From Candidatus Saccharimonadota bacterium (GTDB taxonomy: Bacteria > Patescibacteriota > Microgenomatia > UBA1406 > GWC2-37-13): a DNA stretch of 32,000 nt. The notes beneath the pieces are model-generated. The model worked only from the letters and a program-made list of their open reading frames with translations, ran no database searches and had not been told where the DNA came from. The DNA lies in the NCBI GenBank assembly GCA_016700135.1, contig CP065004.1, forward strand, positions 600,001 through 632,000, written 5' to 3'. The position numbers and the translations under genes are program-made. Below are positions 1 through 9,018 of this stretch, in pieces. Position 1 is the first letter of the stretch. Each line of letters opens with the position of its first letter.

Positions 1-434
1 AATAAATGAGATATCAGTGCCCTTTTTTAAGTGAGAGGTAGGTAATTCGGGCGATTTTGAGGATTTAGGCTCAATAGTAGGTGATAGAATACTTTTTGTA
101 AGAAAATATTTATAAAACTCATTCTGTTTTAGCAAACATCTCTCACAACTGCCATTATTGTTGATTGTTCTTTAAGATTCCGTAGGAGCCATTTAGTTGC
201 GATCTTAATTATTATAAAAACGGAAAAAGCTATTGCATACCGATGAAAAGAAAATCCATATATTTTTTAATGCCACTAAAAGCAGGAAGTAAGTAGAGGT
301 TATCATAAAAATAACCAATATAGTAGCTTGTTTAACAACGAATAGAGCTTGGAGGAGCCAATAAAAGTTCTAAAAAGCAAAGTAAAATATATAGGCTCAA
401 AAAAATAAGTATTACTATAACAATATACATATTT

Positions 435-456
435 ATAGGGCATTTATATGCCCTAT
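435..456 (-). terminator. weak hairpin downstream of fmt
   Basis: Perfect 9-bp inverted repeat ATAGGGCAT / ATGCCCTAT with a 4-nt loop, about 10 nt after the fmt stop codon. There is no clear U-tract, so terminator function is uncertain. Confidence 0.3.
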
Positions 457-466
457 CTAACTGATT

Positions 467-1426
467 CTAGAAACAGTTATAGGCTTTATTAAATACTGAA
501 AATTCTACAGCCCTTTTCCCTTCGAGTTGTACTTGGCGGAGTTGGGGAGTGTTATCTTCAAATGTCATATCTAGGAGTTTGAGCCGCTTTTCATTAGGAC
601 CGACCTTGATGGTCGTCCAGACACCCGGCCAGGGATGAAGGCCCTGATATAGATGGTAGAGCACAGGGCCGGCGTCATAGTTTTTTTTTGGAGGGATATT
701 ATTTTTTACGTGATACCGTTGCAGGATTTCAGGTAATTGCTCAAACGTGACATTTTTATTATTTAGCGCTTGAGAAATAAAAGTCTGAGTAATAAAGCCG
801 TCTTTTTTCTTTAAAAGTCTCGTATAAGTAGCAAGATGTTCTTCCTGCTGCTTACTTTGGAGGGAATTCGTTTTAAGCAATGACAGAGCGTAAAAGATCT
901 GTTGTTCCGCAAGTGCCACAAGCTTTTGCTCGATCTGCTCACGCTTATCTCTCGCTTTTATGGATACGGATGTTTGCATAAGTATGTCACCTTGGTCTAA
1001 TCCTTGATTCATTTGCATGAGCGTAGTTCCGGTTTCAGCTTCGCCAAGTATTAGTGGATATACAATCGGAGAAGGTCCGCGATATTTGGGTAATAAAGAA
1101 GGATGAACATTCCATATTCCGAAAGGGATGCTTTTCAACAGGCTTGTTGAAAGGATCTCACCATATGCGAACAAAATTCCCAAAGTAATTTTTTTTTCAC
1201 GGATAATAGAGAGTAATTCATCCTCGTATTTTTTTAGCGGTTTATCAAAGAATTCGATGTTGTGAACTACTGCATTGTTTTTTACTGCAGTAGCTGTTAT
1301 TTCCAACCTTTTTCCGGCTGGTTTGTCTGGCTGGGTTATAACGAGGCTTATCGGTAAGTTTTTTTCTAAAAGCCTATCTAAAAGTAATTCAGATAATTGC
1401 GGAGAACCAAAGTAAGCAATATTCAT
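467..1426 (-). CDS. fmt: methionyl-tRNA formyltransferase
   Basis: 319-aa ORF of typical Fmt length. N-terminal MNIAYFGSP start, formyltransferase core motif NVHPSLLPKYRGPSPI, and a C-terminal Fmt-type domain. Confidence 0.9.
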   Translation of the reverse strand: MNIAYFGSPQLSELLLDRLLEKNLPISLVITQPDKPAGKRLEITATAVKNNAVVHNIEFFDKPLKKYEDELLSIIREKKITLGILFAYGEILSTSLLKSIPFGIWNVHPSLLPKYRGPSPIVYPLILGEAETGTTLMQMNQGLDQGDILMQTSVSIKARDKREQIEQKLVALAEQQIFYALSLLKTNSLQSKQQEEHLATYTRLLKKKDGFITQTFISQALNNKNVTFEQLPEILQRYHVKNNIPPKKNYDAGPVLYHLYQGLHPWPGVWTTIKVGPNEKRLKLLDMTFEDNTPQLRQVQLEGKRAVEFSVFNKAYNCF

Positions 1427-1430
1427 ATTT

Positions 1431-1931
1431 CTATTCCGTAAATATAAAAGTCCTTTCGACTAGAGTTCGATAGGCAATTTCGAACGTTATAGACAGGGTA
1501 GTCTCTCTAGTCGGATGTTCAATCCGTATAGTATTGGTATCGTTGCTTAGATATTCTATACCATCAACGTCATCAAGAGTAACGGAACTCGTTGCTTCTG
1601 ATACGACAGGCATTTCTTCATTACAAGTAAAACTCATTACTGAATTGCTGGTTTCGTCAATAAACGCTCCCGAGTTACTGCTGATTTTTTTCGTGCTTAA
1701 GCTTTCAGGGTACAACATTGAGAATCCGCATGTGGTACTGTCAAATAGTCGGAAAGAGGGGATTGGTTTTTGAGTCACAGGCAAAATGGATGGTGAGGGA
1801 GCAATGGTAAGTAACAGTTGCAAAGCTTCATCAGCTGTTTGAACACGCTTGCCGAATTGCATGCCCAAAATGAAAAAGAGAATTGTTATAAGAACGCCCA
1901 GCAAAATCAATGGCCCTTTTTTCATACCCAT
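1431..1931 (-). CDS. hypothetical membrane-anchored protein
   Basis: ORF 1431..1958. The likely start is an internal Met (1931 or 1925, MGMKKGP) directly before the hydrophobic helix LILLGVLITILFFILGM. It lies 4 nt upstream of fmt on the same strand. No recognisable domain. Confidence 0.55.
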   Translation of the reverse strand: MGMKKGPLILLGVLITILFFILGMQFGKRVQTADEALQLLLTIAPSPSILPVTQKPIPSFRLFDSTTCGFSMLYPESLSTKKISSNSGAFIDETSNSVMSFTCNEEMPVVSEATSSVTLDDVDGIEYLSNDTNTIRIEHPTRETTLSITFEIAYRTLVERTFIFTE

Positions 1932-2303
1932 GAGTATAACAGATAAAAAGAGTCTCACGGAGATTTCCTATTGTTATAGCACTGTAAGAAGGTATTCTCG
2001 CTCTTGACAAATAATATAAGGATTGTGTATAGTAAGCTTAATCCTCCAAATGAAATATCAAATTGAAATCTTTTTTGAACAAGCAATTTTCTAGGGTAAA
2101 TCGGTGATGAGGATCGCCGACGAGAAAGTGACGTCTTGAATAACAAGGGTTAGCAAGCTCACCCACCCGTTAAACTAGAAAAAAAGATTCAGCACAGAAT
2201 TTCATACGGAGGATTATTTAATTAGAAGAAACTACTTAGTGTTTTGATCCTTTACTTCAAAATATGGCGGAACACTTTTGCAGCTAGAGAATTATTATGT
2301 ACC

Positions 2304-2319
2304 TGTACGTTCACGTACA
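2304..2319. promoter_or_regulatory. perfect palindrome TGTACGT-TC-ACGTACA just upstream of the putative rho -35 box
   Basis: 7+7 bp inverted repeat read directly from the sequence, ending 10 nt before TTGCAA at 2330. An operator role is inference. Confidence 0.35.
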
Positions 2320-2329
2320 ACAATATATT

Positions 2330-2357
2330 TTGCAATTTCTAATAATTACGCTATAAT
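2330..2357 (+). promoter_or_regulatory. sigma70-like promoter for rho
   Basis: TTGCAA (2330-2335), a 16-nt spacer, then TATAAT (2352-2357). This would give a leader of roughly 95 nt before ATG 2460. Confidence 0.45.
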
Positions 2358-2459
2358 ATCAACATCACATCTTTCACATGACCTCTTCAGTGTGTTTCCG
2401 TCCATAGACGGCCCGCAACAAGCTGAAATTCTTTACTAATTACAAATTTGAATAAATTT

Positions 2460-3757
2460 ATGCCATCTTCAAATAAATCAAACCCTCAAGACGAGCTGTC
2501 TGAATCGCTCGATGTATCTTCTATGTTAGAAAAATACGAGGAAAAACCTATTGAAAAAGTTGAATCTACAAAACCTGCATCTGCCTCGGAGTCCGAAATG
2601 GTTAGTAAAGATGAGATTAGCGATAAATTAAAAGAAGACCTCAAATCCAGCTATGAAGCTGATGGTATTTTAGATGTAACATACGGAGGATACGGTTTTT
2701 TGAGAAAAGATTATACAGTGAATCCAGATGAGGATATTTATGTTTCAACCTCCCAAATCAGAAGATTTTGGCTTAGGAAAGGAGATCATGTCAGAGGTCT
2801 TGCCAGACCTCCAAAAGACGGTGAACGCTTTCACAGTCTGCTATTAATTAAAGAAGTAAACGGACGTGAGATGACTGAAGAAGAAAGCAGAAAGCGTAAC
2901 AAGTTTGATGCATTGACTTCCTTCATCCTCAAAAGCAAATCCAGCTTGAAACAGAACAGGATATACTTTCTACAAGAATCATTGATCTTGTAGCGCCAAT
3001 CGGCTTCGGACAGAGAGCACTCATTGTTTCTCAGCCGAAAGCAGGAAAAACAACTTTTCTTCGCGACATCGCTAAAGCGATAACCGCTAATCATCCCAAA
3101 GTGCACCTTATAGCTATTTTGATTGGGGAACGTCCGGAAGAAGTAACAGAAATTAAAAGATCTATTAAAGGGGAAGTTGCAGCATCACATTTTGATGAAA
3201 CTCCACGTCAGCAAACAAAAGTAGCAAATTTGGCACTTGAACGAGCAAAAAGATTGGTAGAAATGGGAGAAGATGTTGTTATACTTCTGGATTCCATCAC
3301 AAGACTCGCCCGTGCTTTCAATCTTAGTATCAATAATTCCGGACGTACATTATCTGGAGGTTTTGATCCCCAGGCTTTATATCCTGCTAAAAAGTTCCTC
3401 GGTGCAGCTAGAAACTGTGAGGAAGGTGGAAGTTTAACCATTATTGGGACAGCACTTGTGGGTACCGAATCCAGAATGGACGACCTGATTTATGAAGAAC
3501 TGAAGGGAACAGGCAATCTTGAAATCCATCTGGACCGAAAATTTGCTGAAAAACGTATTTATCCGGCAGTCGATATTACAAAATCAGGAACACGTCATGA
3601 GGAATTGCTGCTTGATCCTGAAACGCTGAAAAGAATTACAACATTGAGAAGAATGATGTCTCTTCGAACTTCAGAAGAGGGATTGATGGCTCTAATCGAT
3701 AAATTACCTAAAACAAAGAGTAATAAAGAATTCTTAGAATCTCTTCATAAGGGGTAA
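2460..3757 (+). pseudogene. rho: transcription termination factor Rho, frame interrupted by one apparent 1-nt deletion near 2919-2921
   Basis: The ORF-track pieces 2448..2993 (frame 0) and 3101..3757 (frame 2) are two parts of one Rho. The N-terminal part carries GILDVTYGGYGFLR...DIYVSTSQIRRFWLRKGDHVRG (RNA-binding domain). Frame 2 is open from 2909 and reads LHPQKQIQLETEQDILSTRIIDLVAPIGFGQRALIVSQPKAGKTTFLRDIAKAI. This includes the Walker A motif PKAGKT (3035-3052), which lies between the two listed ORFs. The C-terminal part carries LIGERPEEVTE...LLDSITRLARA...GGSLT. Confidence 0.85.
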
Positions 3758-3927
3758 AACCAGAGATTAAATGATAATTCTACTCCCGTGATTTAATTAT
3801 CTTTAGGTTTATATAAAGCCCTAAGATTCTTTTATATCTCCGACGTGAATTATCTGTAATCATTTGTAATTCCACTGTTGTCGCTTAAAAACTGATACAA
3901 TTAGAGAGTTATCAGTTGCTTTTGATT

Positions 3928-4158
3928 ATGGAAGGACTTGACAGACGTGTCAGCAGAATTTTAGGACAGATGAAAGGGATTCAAAAAATGGTAAAGGAAG
4001 AAAGAGATTGTATTGAAGTACTTCAGCAAATATCAGCAGTCAAAAAGGCAATTGACGGCCTTACAGAGGAAATTGTCATTCAGTATTTCAACGGCATCAT
4101 TCCTCCTGATAAAAAAGAGGAAGTCAAAAAGCTAATTGACCGTACAATAAACCTTTAG
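3928..4158 (+). CDS. CsoR/RcnR/FrmR-family (DUF156) transcriptional repressor
   Basis: 76 aa from ATG 3928 (the track ORF starts at TTG 3916). The pattern RILGQMKGIQKMVKEERDCIEVLQQISAVKKAIDGL matches the family signature L.RI.GQ.rGi.rM.ee.r.C.d.L.Q..Av..Al. Only one Cys is present, and the usual His/Cys ligands of helix 2 are absent. Confidence 0.75.
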   Translation: MEGLDRRVSRILGQMKGIQKMVKEERDCIEVLQQISAVKKAIDGLTEEIVIQYFNGIIPPDKKEEVKKLIDRTINL

Positions 4159-4181
4159 AACCTTCAGACGGAATATTTTAC

Positions 4182-4210
4182 TTGCAATAAAAATAATGTG
4201 ATACTATCAT
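4182..4210 (+). promoter_or_regulatory. candidate sigma70-like promoter for trxB
   Basis: TTGCAA (4182-4187), a 17-nt spacer, then TATCAT (4205-4210). Confidence 0.35.
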
Positions 4211-4290
4211 ATTAAAAGACAATGAAAATGGTAGGATTGTGGTACAAGCTGTGATATAGTTAACTCTACTATTACTATTTGTCTTTTAAT
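4211..4290. promoter_or_regulatory. 12-bp perfect inverted repeat bracketing the trxB leader
   Basis: ATTAAAAGACAA (4211-4222) and TTGTCTTTTAAT (4279-4290) are exact reverse complements 56 nt apart. The right arm ends 1 nt before the trxB ATG. The repeat itself is certain; its function is unknown. Confidence 0.4.
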
Positions 4291-4291
4291 T

Positions 4292-5266
4292 ATGAATGAT
4301 CTACACAATGTGATAATTATCGGCGGAGGCCCGTCAGGATTAAGCGCGGCCATTTATATTGCTCGCGCCGGACTTCAACCTCTTGTTTTTGCCGGATCAC
4401 CACCTGGAGGGCAACTAATGCTTACCTCTGAAGTAGAAAACTTTCCCGGTTATCAGGAAATTATGGGCCCCGATCTTATTCAGACATTACGTAAACAGGC
4501 CGAACACTTCGGGACCATGATAAAAGATGAAAATATAACGTTTGTTGATTTTAAGCAAAATCCGCATACTGTTAAGACCACAAAAGCAGAATACCGCTCT
4601 AAATCGGTCATTATCGCTACTGGAGCACAAGCTCTCTGGCTTGGTTTAGAATCAGAACAAAAGCTTCGTGGAAAAGGGGTTTCAGCATGTGCCACATGTG
4701 ATGGCTTTTTTTTCCGTGATAAGGAAGTGGCTATTGTAGGGGGCGGAGATACAGCGATGGAAGAAGCGCAGACTCTGACGCGGTTTGCTAAAAAGGTATA
4801 TCTTATACATAGAAGAGAACTGTTCAGAGCCTCAAAAATTATGCAGGAGAGAGTTATGAATAATCCGAAAATTGAACTCGTTCTGAATAATGAAATAGTT
4901 ACTATTAACGGCGAATCGAAAGTTGAAGGTATTACACTGAAAAGTCCTCACAAGAATAATACTGTTTTACCGGTTAATGGAGTATTTGTAGCTATCGGAC
5001 ATAAGCCGGATACTACACTGTTCAAAGATTCAATTGAGCTTGATGAAAAAGGATATGTTATTACAACCGCTACCCATGCACTTTCTGTACTGGCTGGCGG
5101 GACAGCAAAAAGTATATATAATCCGAAATTTCAGACAATGACATCAGTTCAGGGAGTTTTCGCCGGCGGTGACTGTGTAGATCACGTGTATCGGCAGGCA
5201 AGTACTGCAGCAGGTATGGGAGTTGCGGCAGCACTTGATGCAGAGAGATGGATTGAGGAAAATTGA
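4292..5266 (+). CDS. trxB: thioredoxin-disulfide reductase
   Basis: 324 aa. FAD motif IIIGGGPSGLSAAIY, redox-active CATCDG, NADPH motif VGGGDTAMEEA, and C-terminal GVFAGGDC...YRQASTAAGMG. Confidence 0.9.
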   Translation: MNDLHNVIIIGGGPSGLSAAIYIARAGLQPLVFAGSPPGGQLMLTSEVENFPGYQEIMGPDLIQTLRKQAEHFGTMIKDENITFVDFKQNPHTVKTTKAEYRSKSVIIATGAQALWLGLESEQKLRGKGVSACATCDGFFFRDKEVAIVGGGDTAMEEAQTLTRFAKKVYLIHRRELFRASKIMQERVMNNPKIELVLNNEIVTINGESKVEGITLKSPHKNNTVLPVNGVFVAIGHKPDTTLFKDSIELDEKGYVITTATHALSVLAGGTAKSIYNPKFQTMTSVQGVFAGGDCVDHVYRQASTAAGMGVAAALDAERWIEEN

Positions 5267-5311
5267 GTTGGTTGAAAAGTCACGGACGGGTATTATTATT
5301 TAATTTCTAAT

Positions 5312-6580
5312 ATGTCAAGTTCCGGTAAAGTAATGCTTGAGTCTGCTCAACAACTTGTTAGCGTAGCTGCGAGAAGAGTCGGTTTCAACCAACAGTTTAT
5401 TGATAGAGTTACTATACCCGAAAGGATTCTTGAATTCGCCTTACCATTGGTGAAAGATGACGGGACTATCGAGATATATAAAGGGTATAGGTCACAGCAT
5501 AGCAGCCTCAGAGGGCCATATAAAGGAGGTATCAGATTTCATCCGAACGTGACTCATGAAGAAGTGGAAGCTCTTTCTTTGTTGATGACAATAAAAACAG
5601 CGGTCGCTAATATACCTATGGGGGGAGGTAAAGGAGGAATTGCAGTTGATCCAAAGTTATTATCCGAAAGTGAGCAAAAGCGTTTAAGTCAGCAATATGC
5701 TGCCAAACTTACCCCTTTTATGGGTGAAGATGTTGATATACCGGCGCCTGACGTCAATACCAACTCTAAAATCATGAAATGGATGCTGGATGAATATGAA
5801 GCTAGAAAAGGGAAAAAAGAGCCTGCAGCATTTACCGGAAAATCAGTAGTACACGGCGGAAGTCTTGGACGTGAAGAAGCTACTGGCTATGGTGGGGTTA
5901 TCGCTTTACAAGAGTTATTATCGCGCTTGCATCTCAATAAGCAGACACCGCTTACGATTGCTATCCAAGGATTTGGTAATGTCGGGTATTTCTTTTCTGA
6001 AGCCGCATCCAAACAAAACCATCATGTCGTTGCTGTTTCAGATTCCAAAGGTGGAATCTATGCTCAACAGGGGGAACCTCTTGACGTGCAGATGGTACTG
6101 GAATGCAAAAAAAAGCAGGGCAGTATTGCTGAATGTTACTGTTCAGAGGGAGTGTGTGATAGTCGCAAAGGGAAAAAGGTCACCAATGACGAGTTATTGA
6201 CGCTACCTGTTGATATCCTTGTCCCAGCAGCTCTTGAGGGTGTTATTAGCGCTAAAAATATGGAAAATATCCGTGCGAAAATTATTGTTGAAATGGCGAA
6301 CGGTCCTGTAACCGAAGAAGCAAGAGAATATCTTACACATAAAAAAATTGTGATCCTTCCAGACGTTCTAGCCAACGCTGGCGGTGTTATTGTATCTTAT
6401 CTGGAATGGGTACAAGGAAAGCAAGGATATTGGTGGACTAAAGAGGAAGTTTTGTCAAAGCTTGAAATTCTTATGCAGGCTGCTTTTTCCGATGTTTGGA
6501 CTCGGTCACAGGAAGAGCAAATCGATCTAAAGTCTTCAGCTTTTGAGGTTGCCTTACAGCGTCTTGCGGTATATCTCTAA
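5312..6580 (+). CDS. gdh: Glu/Leu/Phe/Val-family glutamate dehydrogenase
   Basis: 422 aa. RGPYKGGIRFHP, the catalytic-lysine motif PMGGGKGG, and the dinucleotide fold IQGFGNVG. Confidence 0.9.
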   Translation: MSSSGKVMLESAQQLVSVAARRVGFNQQFIDRVTIPERILEFALPLVKDDGTIEIYKGYRSQHSSLRGPYKGGIRFHPNVTHEEVEALSLLMTIKTAVANIPMGGGKGGIAVDPKLLSESEQKRLSQQYAAKLTPFMGEDVDIPAPDVNTNSKIMKWMLDEYEARKGKKEPAAFTGKSVVHGGSLGREEATGYGGVIALQELLSRLHLNKQTPLTIAIQGFGNVGYFFSEAASKQNHHVVAVSDSKGGIYAQQGEPLDVQMVLECKKKQGSIAECYCSEGVCDSRKGKKVTNDELLTLPVDILVPAALEGVISAKNMENIRAKIIVEMANGPVTEEAREYLTHKKIVILPDVLANAGGVIVSYLEWVQGKQGYWWTKEEVLSKLEILMQAAFSDVWTRSQEEQIDLKSSAFEVALQRLAVYL

Positions 6581-6607
6581 CAGCAAATCATTTACCTGTG
6601 TAGTAAA

Positions 6608-7690
6608 ATGAGGTTTATCTCTATGAAAGATATCAGAGAATTTATTCTGTTTCTCAAGCGGTATTTTACTTCAAGGGCACTCTATTACGGCAATCAAATT
6701 GAAAAATTCAAGGATGTCGTTGTTGCTCTGTTGGTTGTGAAACGAGGGAAATACTCTAGTTCATTTTTAAATACATCTTTTTTTCTCCTCATTATTACAG
6801 TTTTAGTAGCTGGCCCGGCTATTGCGGAAAATAACCCTTTTGAGGATGATATCCCGGGACAACAGACTTATTTCCAAAGTGCTTCGATTAGTTTTGATCC
6901 TTTTGATAATCCCGTTACTACTGTTGTTTCTGCAAAACCGAGGGACAAAGTTTATCAACATACAGTATCAGAAGGCGAAACCCTAGCTTCATTAGCAGCA
7001 CGCTATAATGTGTCAATTGATACCATAAAATGGGCGAACGATCTAAAATCTGATATTATCAAGCCAGGACAAGAATTAGATATACCGCCGGTAACTGGAA
7101 TCGTCCATAAGGTGGTTGCAGGAGACAATATTTATGCAGTCGCTAAAAAATATAATGTTGACGCACAGAATATTGTAAATTTCCCGTTCAACGATTTTGC
7201 TGACCCAGATACATTTCAGCTTACACCGGGACAAGCACTATATGTCCCAGATGGCACCATAGAGGATAAACCTACACCTCAACAGGCACAATTCCGATAT
7301 GTTGCCAAAGCACAGGCAGGTGTACAGGGAACATCCTCATTTATTTGGCCTACATCCGGATCAATTACCACATATCCTGTGTGGTATCACATGGCATTGG
7401 ATATCGCAAATTCAGCAGCTCCGGCAATTATTGCATCGGATACAGGAACAGTCACTTATACTGGCTGTTTGGCATACGGATATGGCTGTCATATCATAGT
7501 GGATCATGGGAACGGTTATCAGACGCTATATGCACATTTGTCTGCGATAGAAATATCAGCTGGACAAGTAGTTTCAAAAGGGCAGAGAATCGGAGTGATG
7601 GGATCGACAGGAAGATCTACCGGTACTCATTTGCATTTCGAAATACGGTCAGGAGGAGCGCAGGTAAATCCATTAGGGTTCCTACAATAA
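6608..7690 (+). CDS. LysM-LysM-M23 family metallopeptidase (cell-wall hydrolase)
   Basis: N-terminal TM helix FFLLIITVLVAGPAIA. Two LysM repeats (SEGETLASLAARYNVSIDTIKWAN and VAGDNIYAVAKKYNVDAQNI). M23 core HIIVDHGNGYQTLYAHLS...GSTGRSTGTHLHFEIR. Confidence 0.85.
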   Translation: MRFISMKDIREFILFLKRYFTSRALYYGNQIEKFKDVVVALLVVKRGKYSSSFLNTSFFLLIITVLVAGPAIAENNPFEDDIPGQQTYFQSASISFDPFDNPVTTVVSAKPRDKVYQHTVSEGETLASLAARYNVSIDTIKWANDLKSDIIKPGQELDIPPVTGIVHKVVAGDNIYAVAKKYNVDAQNIVNFPFNDFADPDTFQLTPGQALYVPDGTIEDKPTPQQAQFRYVAKAQAGVQGTSSFIWPTSGSITTYPVWYHMALDIANSAAPAIIASDTGTVTYTGCLAYGYGCHIIVDHGNGYQTLYAHLSAIEISAGQVVSKGQRIGVMGSTGRSTGTHLHFEIRSGGAQVNPLGFLQ

Positions 7691-7692
7691 TC

Positions 7693-8274
7693 ATGGAGCA
7701 TACATACGTATCGGTCCGTATAGTAAGTATTTTGGGGCTTATTATAGCTATTCTAAATATTTTTTACACGTTCATGTCTTTTTCAGAAAAAGATACGATC
7801 GTAATTTGTAATGAAAAATCCGGGACCACTGTGGTATTGAAAGCACTCGGTAAAAGGCCGGTTGTTGCTTCAGAAGGGAGTCCAAAAGACATACTCTCAT
7901 GTGTCGGTAAAAGTACTCCCTATTATTCCAGAAATATCGGTAACTTCATTTCTTCCCGAAGATCAAGCAGGGAAGTATTAGAGGACAGATATCGTATTCT
8001 TTACGAGAATGATTACAAAGAAAATATCAAAATATCTTTTTATGACAACATGTTTTTTATTGACTTAGAAGATCAATTAGTGATAGTTGGAGCGAAGCAA
8101 CACATTTCACCTTTTACGGTTGAAAGGTATGTATCTGGGAATAAGTTAATTACAGTATATATGCCTGAAAATTCACCTATAATTGACGAGTTAGGACGAA
8201 AATCAGTAGAAGCTAAGGGTGGGCAATTTCATACGTTGAATTTCGGCGAAAAAGTGGCAGTACAGCTACTTTGA
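7693..8274 (+). CDS. hypothetical membrane-anchored protein
   Basis: Track ORF 7345..8274 overlaps the M23 gene in another frame. The first sensible start is ATG 7693, 2 nt after the M23 stop, followed by the TM helix IVSILGLIIAILNIFYTF. No recognised domain. Confidence 0.5.
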   Translation: MEHTYVSVRIVSILGLIIAILNIFYTFMSFSEKDTIVICNEKSGTTVVLKALGKRPVVASEGSPKDILSCVGKSTPYYSRNIGNFISSRRSSREVLEDRYRILYENDYKENIKISFYDNMFFIDLEDQLVIVGAKQHISPFTVERYVSGNKLITVYMPENSPIIDELGRKSVEAKGGQFHTLNFGEKVAVQLL

Positions 8275-9018
8275 AGCAGTAAGAAGTATATCCCTGATTT
8301 CTCTAAATAGAGAAACAGCTTCATAACCGATCCAGTTGTCTCCGATTAGTTGTTTAGGCAGTCCCGGGTCTTCCTTGAGAATATCTACATACTCAGTCAC
8401 AACATGTTTCATTTTGGTAACCTTATCCTGGTCTTTAGAAAGTATTTGATGCCATTTCTTAAATAGGGATCTATACTGAGACTCAAGCTTCTTTTTACCC
8501 CATACCTTCTCTATAAGAAGCTCTCTATCTCCAAATACATGCGTTGACTCAAAAGCCTGTACGTACTGTTCTTCTTCTTTTTCTGAAACCAACTTTCGCA
8601 AAGAAGTAACTATGGGATGAGGAGTCAACCAAAACGAACGATGCCATGGACCTAAACCCCAGCTGGCAACTTCTCTCCTTAATTTATCCCGTAATTCTCT
8701 TTTCTTTTCCGGAATTTCATAAGACAAAATTCGAAATAATCCATCCCACTTTTCACGAGAAAATCTAAATACAGGAAAGTTTAAAGCGATGTCCTTATGA
8801 CCCTCTTCCGTCAGGGTAAACTTCAAAATTTCACCGTCACTTTGATCCGTAATCAGTCCGTCTTTAACAAGGTCTGTAAATGTAGCTCTCGTTTTTCGAT
8901 TAAGCGTTAAATCAAAAACGTCACATATATCAGAAGTAAAAGTCAAAGAGGTAAAAGTATCATTTGACATTAAAACCAATGCGAGCAAAATTTTCGTTCG
9001 TCGATCTTTGATTCCCAT
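8266..9018 (-). CDS. PaaX-family transcriptional regulator
   Basis: 250 aa. N-terminal winged-helix-like region, a middle WDGLFRILSYEIPEKKRELRDKLRREVASWGLGPWHRSFWLTP (PaaX/Cas2-like fold signature), and a C-terminal DPGLPKQLIGDNWIGYEAVSLF (PaaX_C-like). It converges on the 7693 gene with a 9-nt overlap. Confidence 0.7.
   Translation of the reverse strand: MGIKDRRTKILLALVLMSNDTFTSLTFTSDICDVFDLTLNRKTRATFTDLVKDGLITDQSDGEILKFTLTEEGHKDIALNFPVFRFSREKWDGLFRILSYEIPEKKRELRDKLRREVASWGLGPWHRSFWLTPHPIVTSLRKLVSEKEEEQYVQAFESTHVFGDRELLIEKVWGKKKLESQYRSLFKKWHQILSKDQDKVTKMKHVVTEYVDILKEDPGLPKQLIGDNWIGYEAVSLFREIRDILLTASK

Noticed and set aside
1-466. Short hydrophobic minus-strand ORFs (for example a 43-codon ORF at 299..430), possibly a frame-broken membrane-protein gene
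   Set aside because: Their hydrophobicity is what T-rich and A-rich codons produce in AT-rich DNA. There is no motif and no consistent frame path, so a gene cannot be supported.
1955-2146. 63-aa minus-strand ORF upstream of the 1431 gene
   Set aside because: It has a TTG start, no recognisable motif and a basic low-complexity sequence. Its apparent 4-nt overlap disappears if the downstream gene starts at 1931 or 1925.
2909-2993. Programmed ribosomal frameshift in rho
   Set aside because: No slippery X-XXY-YYZ heptamer or stimulatory structure lies at the shift site. Other isolated homopolymer-type breaks in the window favour an indel error.
7345-7692. 5-prime extension of the 7345..8274 ORF
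   Set aside because: It overlaps the well-supported M23 peptidase domain in another frame. The sensible start is ATG 7693.
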